The notes: generated by a model from the letters alone, not told the origin. A stretch of DNA of 33,083 nt from an uncultured delta proteobacterium (GCA_963804955.1 CAWDSQ010000015.1:1-33083); one strand, 5' to 3'; counted from the stretch's first letter, positions 20,595-31,544 are shown. Made by a program: numbers and translations.

Positions 20595-21375
20595 TCAAAA
20601 CGCCGCAAGCGGCGGGAGAATCGGGCCGAGCAGGGCCTCGGGCGGTATGCCCTTGTCAAGGCCGAAGCGCGTGCCCTCGTCTTCAAGCAGTACCCACTGG
20701 GCCAGCTGGCCATGGACTTTAAGCCGGTGCTGCAGTTGCTCGGGCGTGCAGGGCTTGTCCTTATATTTCTCCACAAGTTCGCCGTAGGAAGTGAAGAAAC
20801 CTTCGGCCATATCTTTGAAGAACGGAAACTGCGCTTCATCAAGCTGAAAAAAATAAATGCCCGCGTGACTCCCGACCTGCGCGCTCGTGTATTTTGATTT
20901 GAAGAAATCGGCCCGCACTTTTCGCAGCGCCTCATAGTCCACATCGTGGTTTTTGCAGATGCGCTCAATGGGGGCGGCAAACATGCGTGTGCGCTTCGGG
21001 GTCAGGATAATACGGAAAAATATCGGAGCCGCCGGCTAGAATTGTCTTGTCGGCAATGTTTGCACGCAGCTCCATATAGGGCTTGGGCAGGTGGGGGTTC
21101 ACGGGGTAGAAGTGTATTTCAAGCACCAGCGCCTTCATCTTCGGCACCGTGAGGCCCATGCTTTTTGCAAGCACGGGCGGCGTGTCGATCTCAAGATCGC
21201 AGTACACGGTGCTTGCTTTTTCAAAGACATCGCCGCGCTGCACGACCGCGTTTATTGTCCCGAGCGGGCAGTCCCACGAATTGCGCTCAAAATTGCCGTG
21301 GCCGTTCCAGCGCTCACAGAACTGCTCAAACTGCTTTTGTATATCTGCAAGAAATCCGGTTATATCCTGCGGCAC
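20595..21375 (-). CDS. Divergent coproporphyrinogen III oxidase (HemF)-fold protein; frameshift near 20985
   Basis: Colinear with HemF: RGDVFEKA, YPVNPHLP, AGGSDIFPYY, DEGTRFGL, ILPPLA. GTG start with GGAG RBS. Confidence 0.8.
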
Positions 21376-21815
21376 GGCTTTAACTCCTGAAAAAATTTTT
21401 CCTGTAAGGGTTTTTAATTCAGATTTAATTATACATATATAATGACTTTAATGTTAAAGTTTTTTCAAAAAAAATACGCCTCTCCTCAAAGGAAGCTGTT
21501 TTGCTCTTGAAAAAAAAATAAAAAAATGGACAATGCGGGAGGTATTTCAGAATCTTCACGGGACCAAAAGCCGGCAAAAAATCTCTCGTGTATGATTTTT
21601 TTAGAGTCTATGGCACAAAACATCCTCACTTCCTTCAAGAGGATATTTTTTGAACATTACCAGTGCTTTTGAATTCCGGTTATTTTTTATCTTCAGCACA
21701 GCAAGCACCTGTGGTCGATGGTTGCCCGAAAAAGGCAACTCAGCACTTCATATTTTATGACTCACGCCCGTGAGGGCATATAGCAACCCACCGCGTTACG
21801 CATGGTTGTTGCCGC

Positions 21816-23174
21816 ATGAAAACGATGCAGCGGGATAAAGCAATGCCGCAGAAATCAGGCAGCCTCATCGAAAAAAAGCATCTGTCCCTTGAGGATACTC
21901 GAAACCAGGGGCTTTTTCTTATTGACGGGCAGGGCTGCATCATCGACATCAATCGCACCTTCACCCGCCTGCTGGGCTACCGCGGGCAGGATATCGCGGG
22001 CAGACATTTCGCGCAGCTGCGCTATAACATCTCCCAGAAAGGCGACAGGCAGGACGAGTTCATCGGCAGCTTCGGACTCTTTCTGCTTCACCAGGCCGAA
22101 GAGCAGCCCATACCGCTCATCCTCCGCCACAAAAAGGGCCATGCTGTTCCGGTGCGGCTGAGCTGCGTTGTGACGCGCAACAGCGACGGTGCCGTCATCG
22201 AGTGGCTCGGCCTGATCGAGCAGTGGTCCGAGGGTCGGATGCCCATCGGCACCCCGCTGGATGGCGGCCCCGACTGGAAGCTGTGGGAGACAAAGGACAA
22301 TTACAAGAATATCCTCGCGTACTCTGGCGACGCTATTTTTCTGGCCGACTTCAATACGCGCATCGTCACGGTAAACAATGCCGGCCTGCTGCTGCTGGGC
22401 TATGTCAATGCCGAAGACATCCTGGGAAAATCACTGCTTGACTTTGCCCCTTTCCGGGGAACATTCCCGTGCACGACAGGAGAAACCATCACCTTCGACG
22501 AAGCCTGGGGTAAAAAACAAATAGCCTATACCAAAGAGCTGTATGCGCGGGGTATGGTGCACAGCGAAATGTATTTCATCCGCTCAGACGGGAAGGCCGT
22601 TCCCATGGATGTCACGCTCTCGCTGCTCAAGGACAGGCGGGGCAGGCCCCGCGGCACTATCTCTATCTGCCGTGATATCACCGAGCACAAGCGGACGCTC
22701 CGCGAGCTGCAGCTGACCCATGATGAGCTTGAGCGCAAGGTGCATGATCGAACCACCTCGCTGGAGGAAAGCAATATCGCCCTGAAGGTGCTTTTGGAGG
22801 CCCGCAGTGATGACCGGTCCGAAATGGGCAGCAGGCTGCTCTCCCACATCAATAACCTGGTGGTGCCCTACCTTGAAAAAATCCGCTCCGCAGGGCTTGC
22901 CGAACCGCAGCGCACCTATCTTGAAATTGCCGCGACAAACCTCCGGGAAATCACAGCGCCGTTTACCGAGCAGGCAGGCGTGCAGATGAAAATGCTCACT
23001 CCGGCAGAAATCCAGGTGGCAAACCTCATTCAGCAGGGAAAATCCACCAAGGAAATAGCGGCATTGCTTCACCTTTCTGCGCAAACCATCGATACTCACC
23101 GCAAACATATCCGCAGCAAACTCGACCTCAGCCACAAGAAAAAAAACCTCCGCACCTTTTTAAGCAACCCCTGA
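21816..23174 (+). CDS. PAS-PAS-LuxR HTH transcriptional regulator
   Basis: Two PAS/PAC repeats (IIDINRTFTRLLGY; IVTVNNAGLLLLGY...ICRDITEHK), EESNIALKVLL coil, LTPAEIQVANLIQQGKSTKEIA...HRKHIRSKL. Confidence 0.93.
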   Translation: MKTMQRDKAMPQKSGSLIEKKHLSLEDTRNQGLFLIDGQGCIIDINRTFTRLLGYRGQDIAGRHFAQLRYNISQKGDRQDEFIGSFGLFLLHQAEEQPIPLILRHKKGHAVPVRLSCVVTRNSDGAVIEWLGLIEQWSEGRMPIGTPLDGGPDWKLWETKDNYKNILAYSGDAIFLADFNTRIVTVNNAGLLLLGYVNAEDILGKSLLDFAPFRGTFPCTTGETITFDEAWGKKQIAYTKELYARGMVHSEMYFIRSDGKAVPMDVTLSLLKDRRGRPRGTISICRDITEHKRTLRELQLTHDELERKVHDRTTSLEESNIALKVLLEARSDDRSEMGSRLLSHINNLVVPYLEKIRSAGLAEPQRTYLEIAATNLREITAPFTEQAGVQMKMLTPAEIQVANLIQQGKSTKEIAALLHLSAQTIDTHRKHIRSKLDLSHKKKNLRTFLSNP

Positions 23175-23373
23175 AATGGGTATTTTTAATACCTGATTTA
23201 TACCTGTTTTTTCCATCATTGCGTTCCGGCTCCGGCTACTGTACAAATAATATAGGGCGTTTGTACTAATTTTGCAGGGAAGCCGCAGGGTCAAAGGGTT
23301 CAAGACGAGACCGGCGAATCGTTGCACCCTTATTTTTGACAGACTTCTGTTTAACCGGGAAAGGAGATAGTAT

Positions 23374-26035
23374 ATGAAACAGAAAACCGCATTCAGCGCC
23401 ATGGCCTGGGGAATTATTGCAGCAGTGTTTGTTTTGGTGTCCCCCCGGGGGGGTGACGGCGCAGAAGTTCCCGTGGAAGATAAAATTGCCGTTCTCGTCA
23501 CTGACTGGGGCACACCGGATGGCTATGATTTCAACTATTACGTAAACATCGGCAAGCGTTCAAGAATCGGTGAAGCCGCAACATCGCAGGACCAGCCGTG
23601 CACGGAAAATTTTGTCGGCGTCTGGCCCTATCTCTCACAGTTCGGCGTTTTCCCTTATATTATTGCCTTCAACACGCCGGGGTATGAAAGCGGCTATGAT
23701 GGCTACGGCATCTACCGGCTGACTGACAACAATACTACCTTTACCAATATTATTGATCCCGCCGATTACCGTCGCAAACCCCCTGCCCCAGGAACTGACA
23801 GACCAGGGCATTGTGGCAGACCCTGCGCGGGACATCACTTTCGGCCGCGGCCGGGTTATCTTTACACCGAACCCCCGCGACGGCATTGATTATGTCGACG
23901 GGCTCTACATTATCGGCAAGCCTGCACTGAATCCGGCAACCGGCAAAGTGCAATATTCCGGGTATCCCAACGGCATACACGATGCAAGCGAGCTTGATCT
24001 GGCCTACTGGACACGGGTGGTCGGCATCATGCAGATACCCCAGTATGCAGACGGGCCCCGCATTCATCCCTTTACCAAACAAATTGAAGAAGATCTCACC
24101 GAGTACTTCGCAACCAATTTCGGCGATAGCGTGGACATACGCTTCGGCATGTATGAGGCTACAGCAAACCTGACCCGAAGGCATGAAGATGTAGCCCTTG
24201 ACTTTGCCAGAGAGGGTTTCAAAAAAATGGTGCTCACGCGGGAAACCACCGACAACAACAATTATGCCAATATGTTCATGACCCGCAGCTATGTTGACCT
24301 TGCCCTGTGCAGAGGCGGCTTCAGCGATGTGGCCGTTGAGCAGATCAAGCAGGTGGGCCGCACGCCCGAATACAACACAACCGTGCTGCTCATTCTGCGC
24401 GAGCATCTGCAGCGGCTGAATCCGGGAACAGACCCGGTGGCGATTCTGTACACCACCTATGGCAATCCCTGGCCCGGCTCAAGCCCGAACGCGGCAACGG
24501 TCAACCCGTTTGGCGTGTATCATCCCTGGGTAAGCGACGTCTATATGGAAAACGCCTACCTGAACTATCTGAGCTTCAAGCGCTATGCCGAAGATGCGCT
24601 GGCCGGCCAGTATAACCTGATCTATACACGCAAGGACAAGTCCGGGGATAACAGGACGGACAACTACTATACCTACGGCATGTTTCAGCCGGAATTTTAT
24701 ACCGTGCCCGGGCAGACGCAAAGCGAATTTAAAAATATCCGCGAAAACATTGACCTGGCCAAACAGGATGGCAGAAAAGAGGTCGTCGTGCTGCTCTCCC
24801 ACTGGTACTATGACAGCATAGACAATGGCCTGGCGATCAGGGATGTCAACAGGCTGCCCATAAACACCAAAGAGGACCTTGAAAACGACAAGTTCTGGAT
24901 AGACTGGTGCGAAAGCGCAGCTGTTTCGAATTCCAACGCGCCGTGGACCGAAGTTGATCCGCCGAACTACGAATGCTCCAATCCCGATGATGTGCATATC
25001 GTGCTGACGGAAACCTTTGACAATGTCTCAGATGAGTTCATTCTCAACTATGCCAATATCATTCGGGGCGGGGTTGAGCGGTATGGGGTTTTCCCTGATC
25101 TGGGTATCACCATCGAAGCGCAAGGGGAAATCAGCAAAACCACTGGCGGCACGGCTGCAGATCACCAGGGGCCGCCGGGCCAGAGCAAAGATAGAAGTTC
25201 CCCCCGACCCTGACCCGAATCTGCCGGAAGGCTATTACCCGACTGCCGATCATGCCATTGTCTATGAAACCATCAATAATCCGGAAACAGACTTGAAACA
25301 GGCTGCATGGTCTGACTTTACGGCCTATGTGGGCGAGCAGAAGTTTGCAGCCCCCGGCCAGGCCCTTCCTGAGCTTGCCGGCAGCGTCGGCCCCGCGGTG
25401 TTTTTCGGCCCGTACCGCACCTTTTTCAATACGCCGGCTCGAATTACCCTGCCCTATAAAAGGCTTCGGGTAATAAACCCGAAAAACATCAGGCCCTATA
25501 TTTACAATGAGCTGACCAAAGGCTGGGACCTGGTTTATCCGGCGCCGGGCGGCCAGGGGATAGAGGTAAACCGCCTGGCCCGCACGGTCTCTTTTGATGC
25601 GCAGGTGCTGGGCATTTTTGCCCTGGCAGAGCCGCCCCTGTGCCCGGCGAAAGCGGTTGCAGTTTCCGGCTCGGAACTGAAAACCCTGTATGCCCTGCGG
25701 GACACGGTGCTGGCAAAGCAGGCGCAGGGGAAAAAGTATATTAACTCCTATTACTCCAGCGCCCCTGCGATTGTCAACCATACTGAATGAGCATCCGGAG
25801 CTTAAAGCGCAGGCTGCGCAGCTTATGATAAACGTGCTCCCGGCCTGCAGCTCTACTGGTTGCCTCGCGCAGGGCAGTGGTGGATGAAGCTGTTGTTGAG
25901 CAGGCAGTCCGGCTGCTGGATGCGGTAGCCGGCTATAAAAACCCGAGTGTACAACAAACCCTGTTGCACTTAAAGAAGGATATCAGGAGCGGAGCGCTTT
26001 TCAGGGATTTTGGCATCAGTGTAAGAAAAAAATAA
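23374..26035 (+). CDS. Large exported protein: ferrochelatase-like (class II chelatase) region + ZU5-like beta domain + CFI-box-CTERM-like domain; about 4 frameshifts
   Basis: Signal peptide; KIAVLVTDWGTP; frames join near 23757, 25155, 25780 and 25850; GPAVFFGPYRTFFNTPARITLPY; CPAKAV...LYALRDTVL...GKKYINSYYSSAPAIV. Confidence 0.6.
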
Positions 26036-26184
26036 AGCCCTGGCATGTTTTAAAGTGAACCCGCGTTTCTGTGGGCTGGCGGGGTCATCCCTTCCGCGAG
26101 GACCAAAGCGCGACCTGTATTTTATGCAGGCCGTGCTTTATCAGCAGCAATCGCCCCCCCTGCCCTTTGCAGAATCACAAGTCT

Positions 26185-27731
26185 CTACTTCTGCAGCAGG
26201 TCCATTTCCAGAATCCGGTCAACGCGGAAGGTGCGGTTTTCCTGCCGCTGCAGGCAGAAGGCCTGCATGCCCAGATACAGCTTGCCCTGATATTCAAGCT
26301 CTCCCACATACCGGGGCCGCACCGTGCGCCGTGATTTCTGATCATTGGGCTTGAGATAGGTTATGGCAAGCTTTCCGCCGTGCTGTATGGCCTGCTCGAT
26401 CAGGGCGACTTTATCATCGAGGCAGCATTCTTTTTCCGCCACGGCGTACTGGAACCGCGTGAGGAATTTGATAACGCGCCAGTCCATGATGATATGGCTT
26501 TTTTTGAGGGGCTGCCTGAGCGTCATGCCCTCAAGGGTGCGGCAGCGGCTCAGGGCGACATAGGCCTGGCCGTGGGCGAAGGTGCCGCGGCCAAAGTCAA
26601 CAACGACGCGGTCAAAGGTTTTGCCCTGGCTTTTATGAATGGTCACGGCCCAGGCCAGGGTGAGGGGATACTGCGTAAAGGTGCCGATGCTCTCCTGCGA
26701 CAGGCTCTTTTTTCTCGTTATCATAGACGTAGCGGTAGAGCGTCCACTTGTAGGGGTCAACCGCGAACAATGTCCCCGTCCGGCAGGCGCACATCAACCC
26801 CGGCTTCGTCAATATGCTCAACCCTCCCGATGGTGCCGTTCACCCAGAGCCCGTCCGAATTATTGGTCAGCAGCATCACCTGCGCGCCCTCTTTAAGCCG
26901 CAGCTCAACATCGGCAGGCGCCTGCTTCAGGTCGAAATCGCCCCGCACCTGAGCGGTAAAGCTGCGCGCTTTCTTTTTCAGCCGGCCGAGCATCTCCTCA
27001 TTGACCCTGCCTGCGGCCTCATTGGTGGTTGTCAGATGAATGCAGCCGGCAGTGCCGCCTTCTTCCGGGCCGGTGACCCGCTCATTGAGCGCTTCGACAA
27101 CATCCTCTGTCACCTCATTTCTGCGCACGGCATTCAGGATATCGATGAAGCGCTCATCTTTCTGACGGTAGATTTTTTCAAGCTCCACGAACTCCAGCTT
27201 AAAATCGCCTCCTGTCATGACCTGCGAAGAAAAAAAGTACGGCGAATCATAGGCTGCCTTGAAGTGCTCCCGGTCATGCGAGGTGACAACGGGCGGCAGC
27301 TGGTAGAGATCGCCGATGAAGATCATCTGCACGCCGCCAAAGGGCGTGCGCTTTTTCAAAACCGTTCGAAGAAACACGTCGATGCAGTCCAGCAGATCGG
27401 CCCGCACCATGGATACTTCGTCGATAACGATGGTCTTAATGTGCTTGTAAAAGGTATCATTCTTGATATCAGCGGCGCGTTTTTTCGCATCCTCGACGGT
27501 TATGCCCGGCATGAAGCGGAAAAAAGAATGGATGGTCTGGCCCTGTACATTCAGGGCGGCAACGCCCGTGGGGGCAAGCACGGCCAGGGATTTTGCAGTC
27601 GTGTCGCGCAGCCAGGCAAGAAAGGTTGACTTGCCCGTGCCAGCCTTACCCGTTATGAAAACATTGCGCCCGCTTTCAACAATGAGGTTAAATGCGGCCT
27701 GAAACTGCAGGTTGATGTCGAGTTCTGACAC
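26185..27731 (-). CDS. Pif1/RecD-like SF1B helicase with C-terminal WYL domain (frameshifts near 26760 and 26710)
   Basis: [56 protein letters not shown]-like [12 protein letters not shown]...RRTVRP...[17 protein letters not shown]. Confidence 0.9.
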
Positions 27732-27784
27732 AATGACGCGCCCATGTTCGGGGTTTTAGACAAATGCAGCGTAAAGAACAATGG

Positions 27785-27859
27785 GCCGTTCGTGGTGAGC
27801 CCGTCGAACCATGAACGGCTGCCCTTCGACCCTTCGCCAAGCTCAGGGTTCAGGCGAAC
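27785..27859. repeat. CGTC-type REP-like element
   Basis: GCCGTTCGTGGT-gagcccgtcga-ACCATGAACGGC hairpin followed by CCCTTCG...AAGCTCAGGG; resembles the widespread CCGTTCGTGGTGAGC..GTCGAACCA / CTTCGACAAGCTCAGG repeats. Confidence 0.65.
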
Positions 27860-28222
27860 AAATTTTGCAGCAGTTGTTTTTTTACGAATGCTACCGTGAA
27901 AAACAGCCGGTCTCACAATACACTGTCTGAGACTCGATGTTTCACACTCATATACTCCTTTAACAGCCTGCATGCAATACGCAACGGCAATCTGTAAGGT
28001 TTAGGCGGCCGCAGTGGGCTGCACACTGCATCCTGCCAGCAGAAAATTCGCCCGCCCTCCTGCCGTCATGACACTACCTGACTGATAGTTTGCAGCAAAA
28101 GGCGAAAAATTATTCCTGCTGCTTATCCTTATTAAGTACAGTAATTACAGCATAGTGCTTGACCATTGCGTCTTGAGTGCTTAGTGTATATAAATGATCT
28201 GTTTCAAGCTCAGTTAAAAATC

Positions 28223-28372
28223 ATGCAAAAAATTAAAAATTTTTTAAAAAAAAATCGAAACATAATGGTTTTATCCATTTTTTTTATTTATATGCTGCTT
28301 CTTGGTCTTGGCGCCATAGGAGAGTTGTTTAAAATCAACTGGATACTGAAATTGCCCCTCTTTAATGTGTGA
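28223..28372 (+). CDS. Small single-pass membrane protein (49 aa)
   Basis: Basic N-terminus plus hydrophobic [23 protein letters not shown]; stop 7 nt before the dnaJ ATG. Confidence 0.55.
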   Translation: MQKIKNFLKKNRNIMVLSIFFIYMLLLGLGAIGELFKINWILKLPLFNV

Positions 28373-28379
28373 TGCAGCA

Positions 28380-29487
28380 ATGACAAAACGTGACTATTAT
28401 GAAATTCTGAATATCAGCCGCACTGCCTCTGACGATGAAATAAAAAAAGCCTATCGCCAGATGGCCCTCAAATACCATCCCGACCGCAACCCGGGTGATG
28501 CTGAATGCGAAGAAAACTTCAAGGAAGCAAGTGAAGCCTACGAAGTTCTGCGGGACAGCCAGAAGCGCGAGCTCTATGACCGCTACGGCCATGACGGCTT
28601 GAAAAATTCCGGCTTCTCAGGATTCTCGGGCTTTGAGGATATCTTCTCGTCATTCGGGGATATTTTCGAGGATTTCTTCGGCATGGGCGGTCTGGGCGGC
28701 AGGCGAAGAAACCGCTCCAGCGCGCGCCGCGGCTCAGACCTTCGCTATGATCTTGAAATTACGCTCAAAGACGCTGCTTTCGGTCTTGAAAAAAACATTG
28801 AGGTCAAAAAAAATATTGCCTGCGGCGCATGCAACGGCTCCGGCGCAGAGCCGGGCACAACCCCGCAAACCTGCGCCACCTGCCAGGGCCAGGGCCGCGT
28901 CATGCAGCAGCAGGGCTTTTTCAATGTTGCCACCACCTGCCCCCGCTGCCGCGGAACAGGCACGACCATCGCAAGCCCGTGCAAAGACTGCCGCGGAACG
29001 GGCAAAACGCTTGAAACAAAAACGCTGAAAGTAAAAATCCCCCCGGGTGTTGAAACGGGCATGAAGCTCAAGCTCACCAATGAGGGGGAGCCCGGCGAAC
29101 GGGGCGGGCCGCAGGGCGACCTGTATGTTTTTCTCCATGTGGCCGAAGATTCCTTTTTCCAGCGGCACAACAATGATATCGTCTGCCAGATACCCATATC
29201 GTTTTCGCAGGCGGCCCTCGGCGCTGAAATCGAGGTGCCCACGCTGTACGGCTCTGAAAAACTGCGCATCCCCAAAGGCATCCAGTCCGGGGATCTGCTC
29301 TCTATCCGCGACAAGGGCATCCCCCATCATCAACGGCCGCGGCAAAGGCGATCAGATCGTGCAGGTGCTGGTCAAAACCCCCGGCAAACTCACCCGGAAA
29401 CAGGAAGAACTTTTCCGGCAGCTTGCGGAGCTTGAACAGGAAAGCGATGAAGACAAGAAGGGTTTTATCCAAAATCTGTTCAATTAG
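28380..29487 (+). CDS. dnaJ: Chaperone DnaJ (frameshift in the C run near 29322)
   Basis: RDYYEIL, HPD, G/F region, four CxxCxGxG motifs, GDLYV; C-terminus [11 protein letters not shown] in the next frame. Confidence 0.95.
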
Positions 29488-30297
29488 CAGCCTGCTGCTG
29501 CTCCTTCTTATCCCGGCCGCCCCGGCTCATGCCGCTCCGCAGGTCGAAGCAACGCTTGCCGCCGCAACGGTTTCAACCGGCACACCTTTCACTCTGTCTA
29601 TTACCGTCTCGTGGCAGGGCGATGCCGACCAGTATGTAATCGTGCCGCCCGAGCCCGAACTTCCCGAAGGCGTGGAAAAGATTTCTTCCTCCTTTGTCTC
29701 TTCAGCAAGCGCCGACATGCAGCGCATGCACTACACGTTTCTTGCTGCGCGCACTGAAAAACGGCGACTACACCATAAAGCCTGCTGAAGTAAAATACTG
29801 GGCACGGGGAGAAGAAAAGGAAAGCACCGCTGAAAGCGGAGAAATTACCTTCAAAGCCGTGCGGTTTGCGCTGGTAGAAAACAATGCCACCTTATTGTCA
29901 TTATCTGCGTGGTGGTGCTGGCCGGTGCGGTTGCCGGCATGGGCTTTGTCGTGCTCAGAAGAAAAAAGGCGCGGAGGCAAAAAGCAGGCGCAGGCGGCGA
30001 GACCGGCGCGCAGACAGCAGGCTGCGGAGCTGCTGCAGATCTGCCGCCAGAGCAAGCTCCATGGCGATTATGCAGGATTCTGCACAGCAGCCCTCGACCT
30101 TGCGCGCATGGTTGCCCCGCAGGACACTGCGCTTACCGACAGCCTTGCCGCCATGCTTGAAAAAGTGCAGTTCGGCGGGTTTCGGCCACCGGCTGAAGAA
30201 ATTGAGCGCCTGCTGCGGCAGCTTGAAAAAAGCGCGGGCGGGCTCATCTGTCAGGGACAAAAAAAACGAGCCTGATTATCAGAAATACTGCAAGTAA
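29447..30297 (+). CDS. BatD-like exported/membrane protein (several frameshifts)
   Basis: Signal peptide, VSTGTPFTLSITVSW...LRALKNGDYTIKPAEVKY, TM helix followed by RRKK, helical tail. Confidence 0.55.
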
Positions 30298-30449
30298 AAC
30301 TTGTGTGATTGGTTTGATTAGAGTTTTTTAATTTGATTGCTTAATCGGTTTTAGTAGTATTGGCCGCTTGTACAACCCCTCTGCATAGATTAAAATACAA
30401 CAAAAAATTAAACTAATCATTAAACCGAGCACTAGTTTGGAGATTTTCA

Positions 30450-31438
30450 ATGCAGCCCAATATTCAGGAAATAACCAAAGAAGTTGAAAAGTACGGCCAG
30501 CTCACCACAGCCATCAGCGCCGAGGTCAAAAAAGTCATTGTCGGCCAGGATTATCTGATCGAGCGGCTGCTGATCGGGCTTCTGGCCAATGGCCATATTC
30601 TCGTCGAAGGCGTGCCGGGGCTGGCAAAAACCACGGCGGTCAAGACCCTTGCCCGCAGCCGTCGACACGAGCTTTCAGCGCATTCAGTTCACCCCGGATC
30701 TGCTGCCGGCCGATCTCATCGGCACGCAGATTTACGAGCCCAAAACAGGGAACTTCAATATCAAAAAAGGCCCGCTGTTCTCCAACATCATCCTGGCCGA
30801 TGAAATCAACCGGGCGCCGGCCAAGGTGCAGAGCGCGCTTCTGGAGGCCATGCAGGAGCGCCAGGTGACCATCGGCGAGACGACCTTCCCGCTCCAGGAC
30901 CCGTTTCTTGTCATGGCCACGCAGAACCCCATCGAGCAGGAAGGCACCTATCCGCTGCCCGAGGCGCAGGTTGACCGGTTCATGCTGAAGCTGCGCATCA
31001 ACTACCCCAACAAGGCCGAAGAAAAAGAGATTATCAAGCGCGTTGCCGACAGGGCTGATGAAACCATCAACAAGGTGGCAACACCCGAGCAGATCCGCCA
31101 GGCCCGCGAGGTGGTGGGCAAAATCTACATCGATGAAAAGCTTCTGGACTATATCGTGGAGATCGTCTTTGCCACCCGGGAGCCCAAGGTGTTCGGCATT
31201 GATATCGAGTCGCTCATTCAGTACGGCGCCTCGCCCCGGGCATCCATCTATCTTGCTCAGGCGGCAAAAGCCTATGCGTTCCTGCAGGGCCGCGGATATG
31301 TGATCCCGCAGGACATCAAGATCCATCGGCCTGGACGTGCTGCGGCACCGGGTTATTCTGAGCTATGAGGCCGAGGCCGAAGACCTGACCTCTGATGACA
31401 TCATCGCGAAAATTTTTGACAATGTGGAAGTGCCTTGA
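30450..31438 (+). CDS. moxR: MoxR-family AAA+ ATPase (frameshifts near 30655 and 31325)
   Basis: VIVGQD, EGVPGLAKT, RIQFTPDLLPADLIG, LADEINRAPAKVQSALLEAMQE, ATQNPIEQEGTYPLPEAQVDRF, GASPRA. Confidence 0.93.
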
Positions 31439-31544
31439 AACCATTGTATCAGTCATATTAGCTTCAGATTGTTCAGTAGTTGCACCTGATCAACTCAAAC
31501 GGATGAACCACTGAACCAATCGAACCAATTGAAACAGTATTATT

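Noticed and set aside
28157..28183. CIRCE element upstream of dnaJ
   Set aside because: Only a right-half-like GAGTGCTTA is present; the left arm does not match TTAGCACTC at N9 spacing.
29315..29330. Programmed frameshifting or phase variation in dnaJ and other split genes
   Set aside because: Indels are scattered over unrelated genes with no shared slippery motif; sequencing error is more parsimonious.
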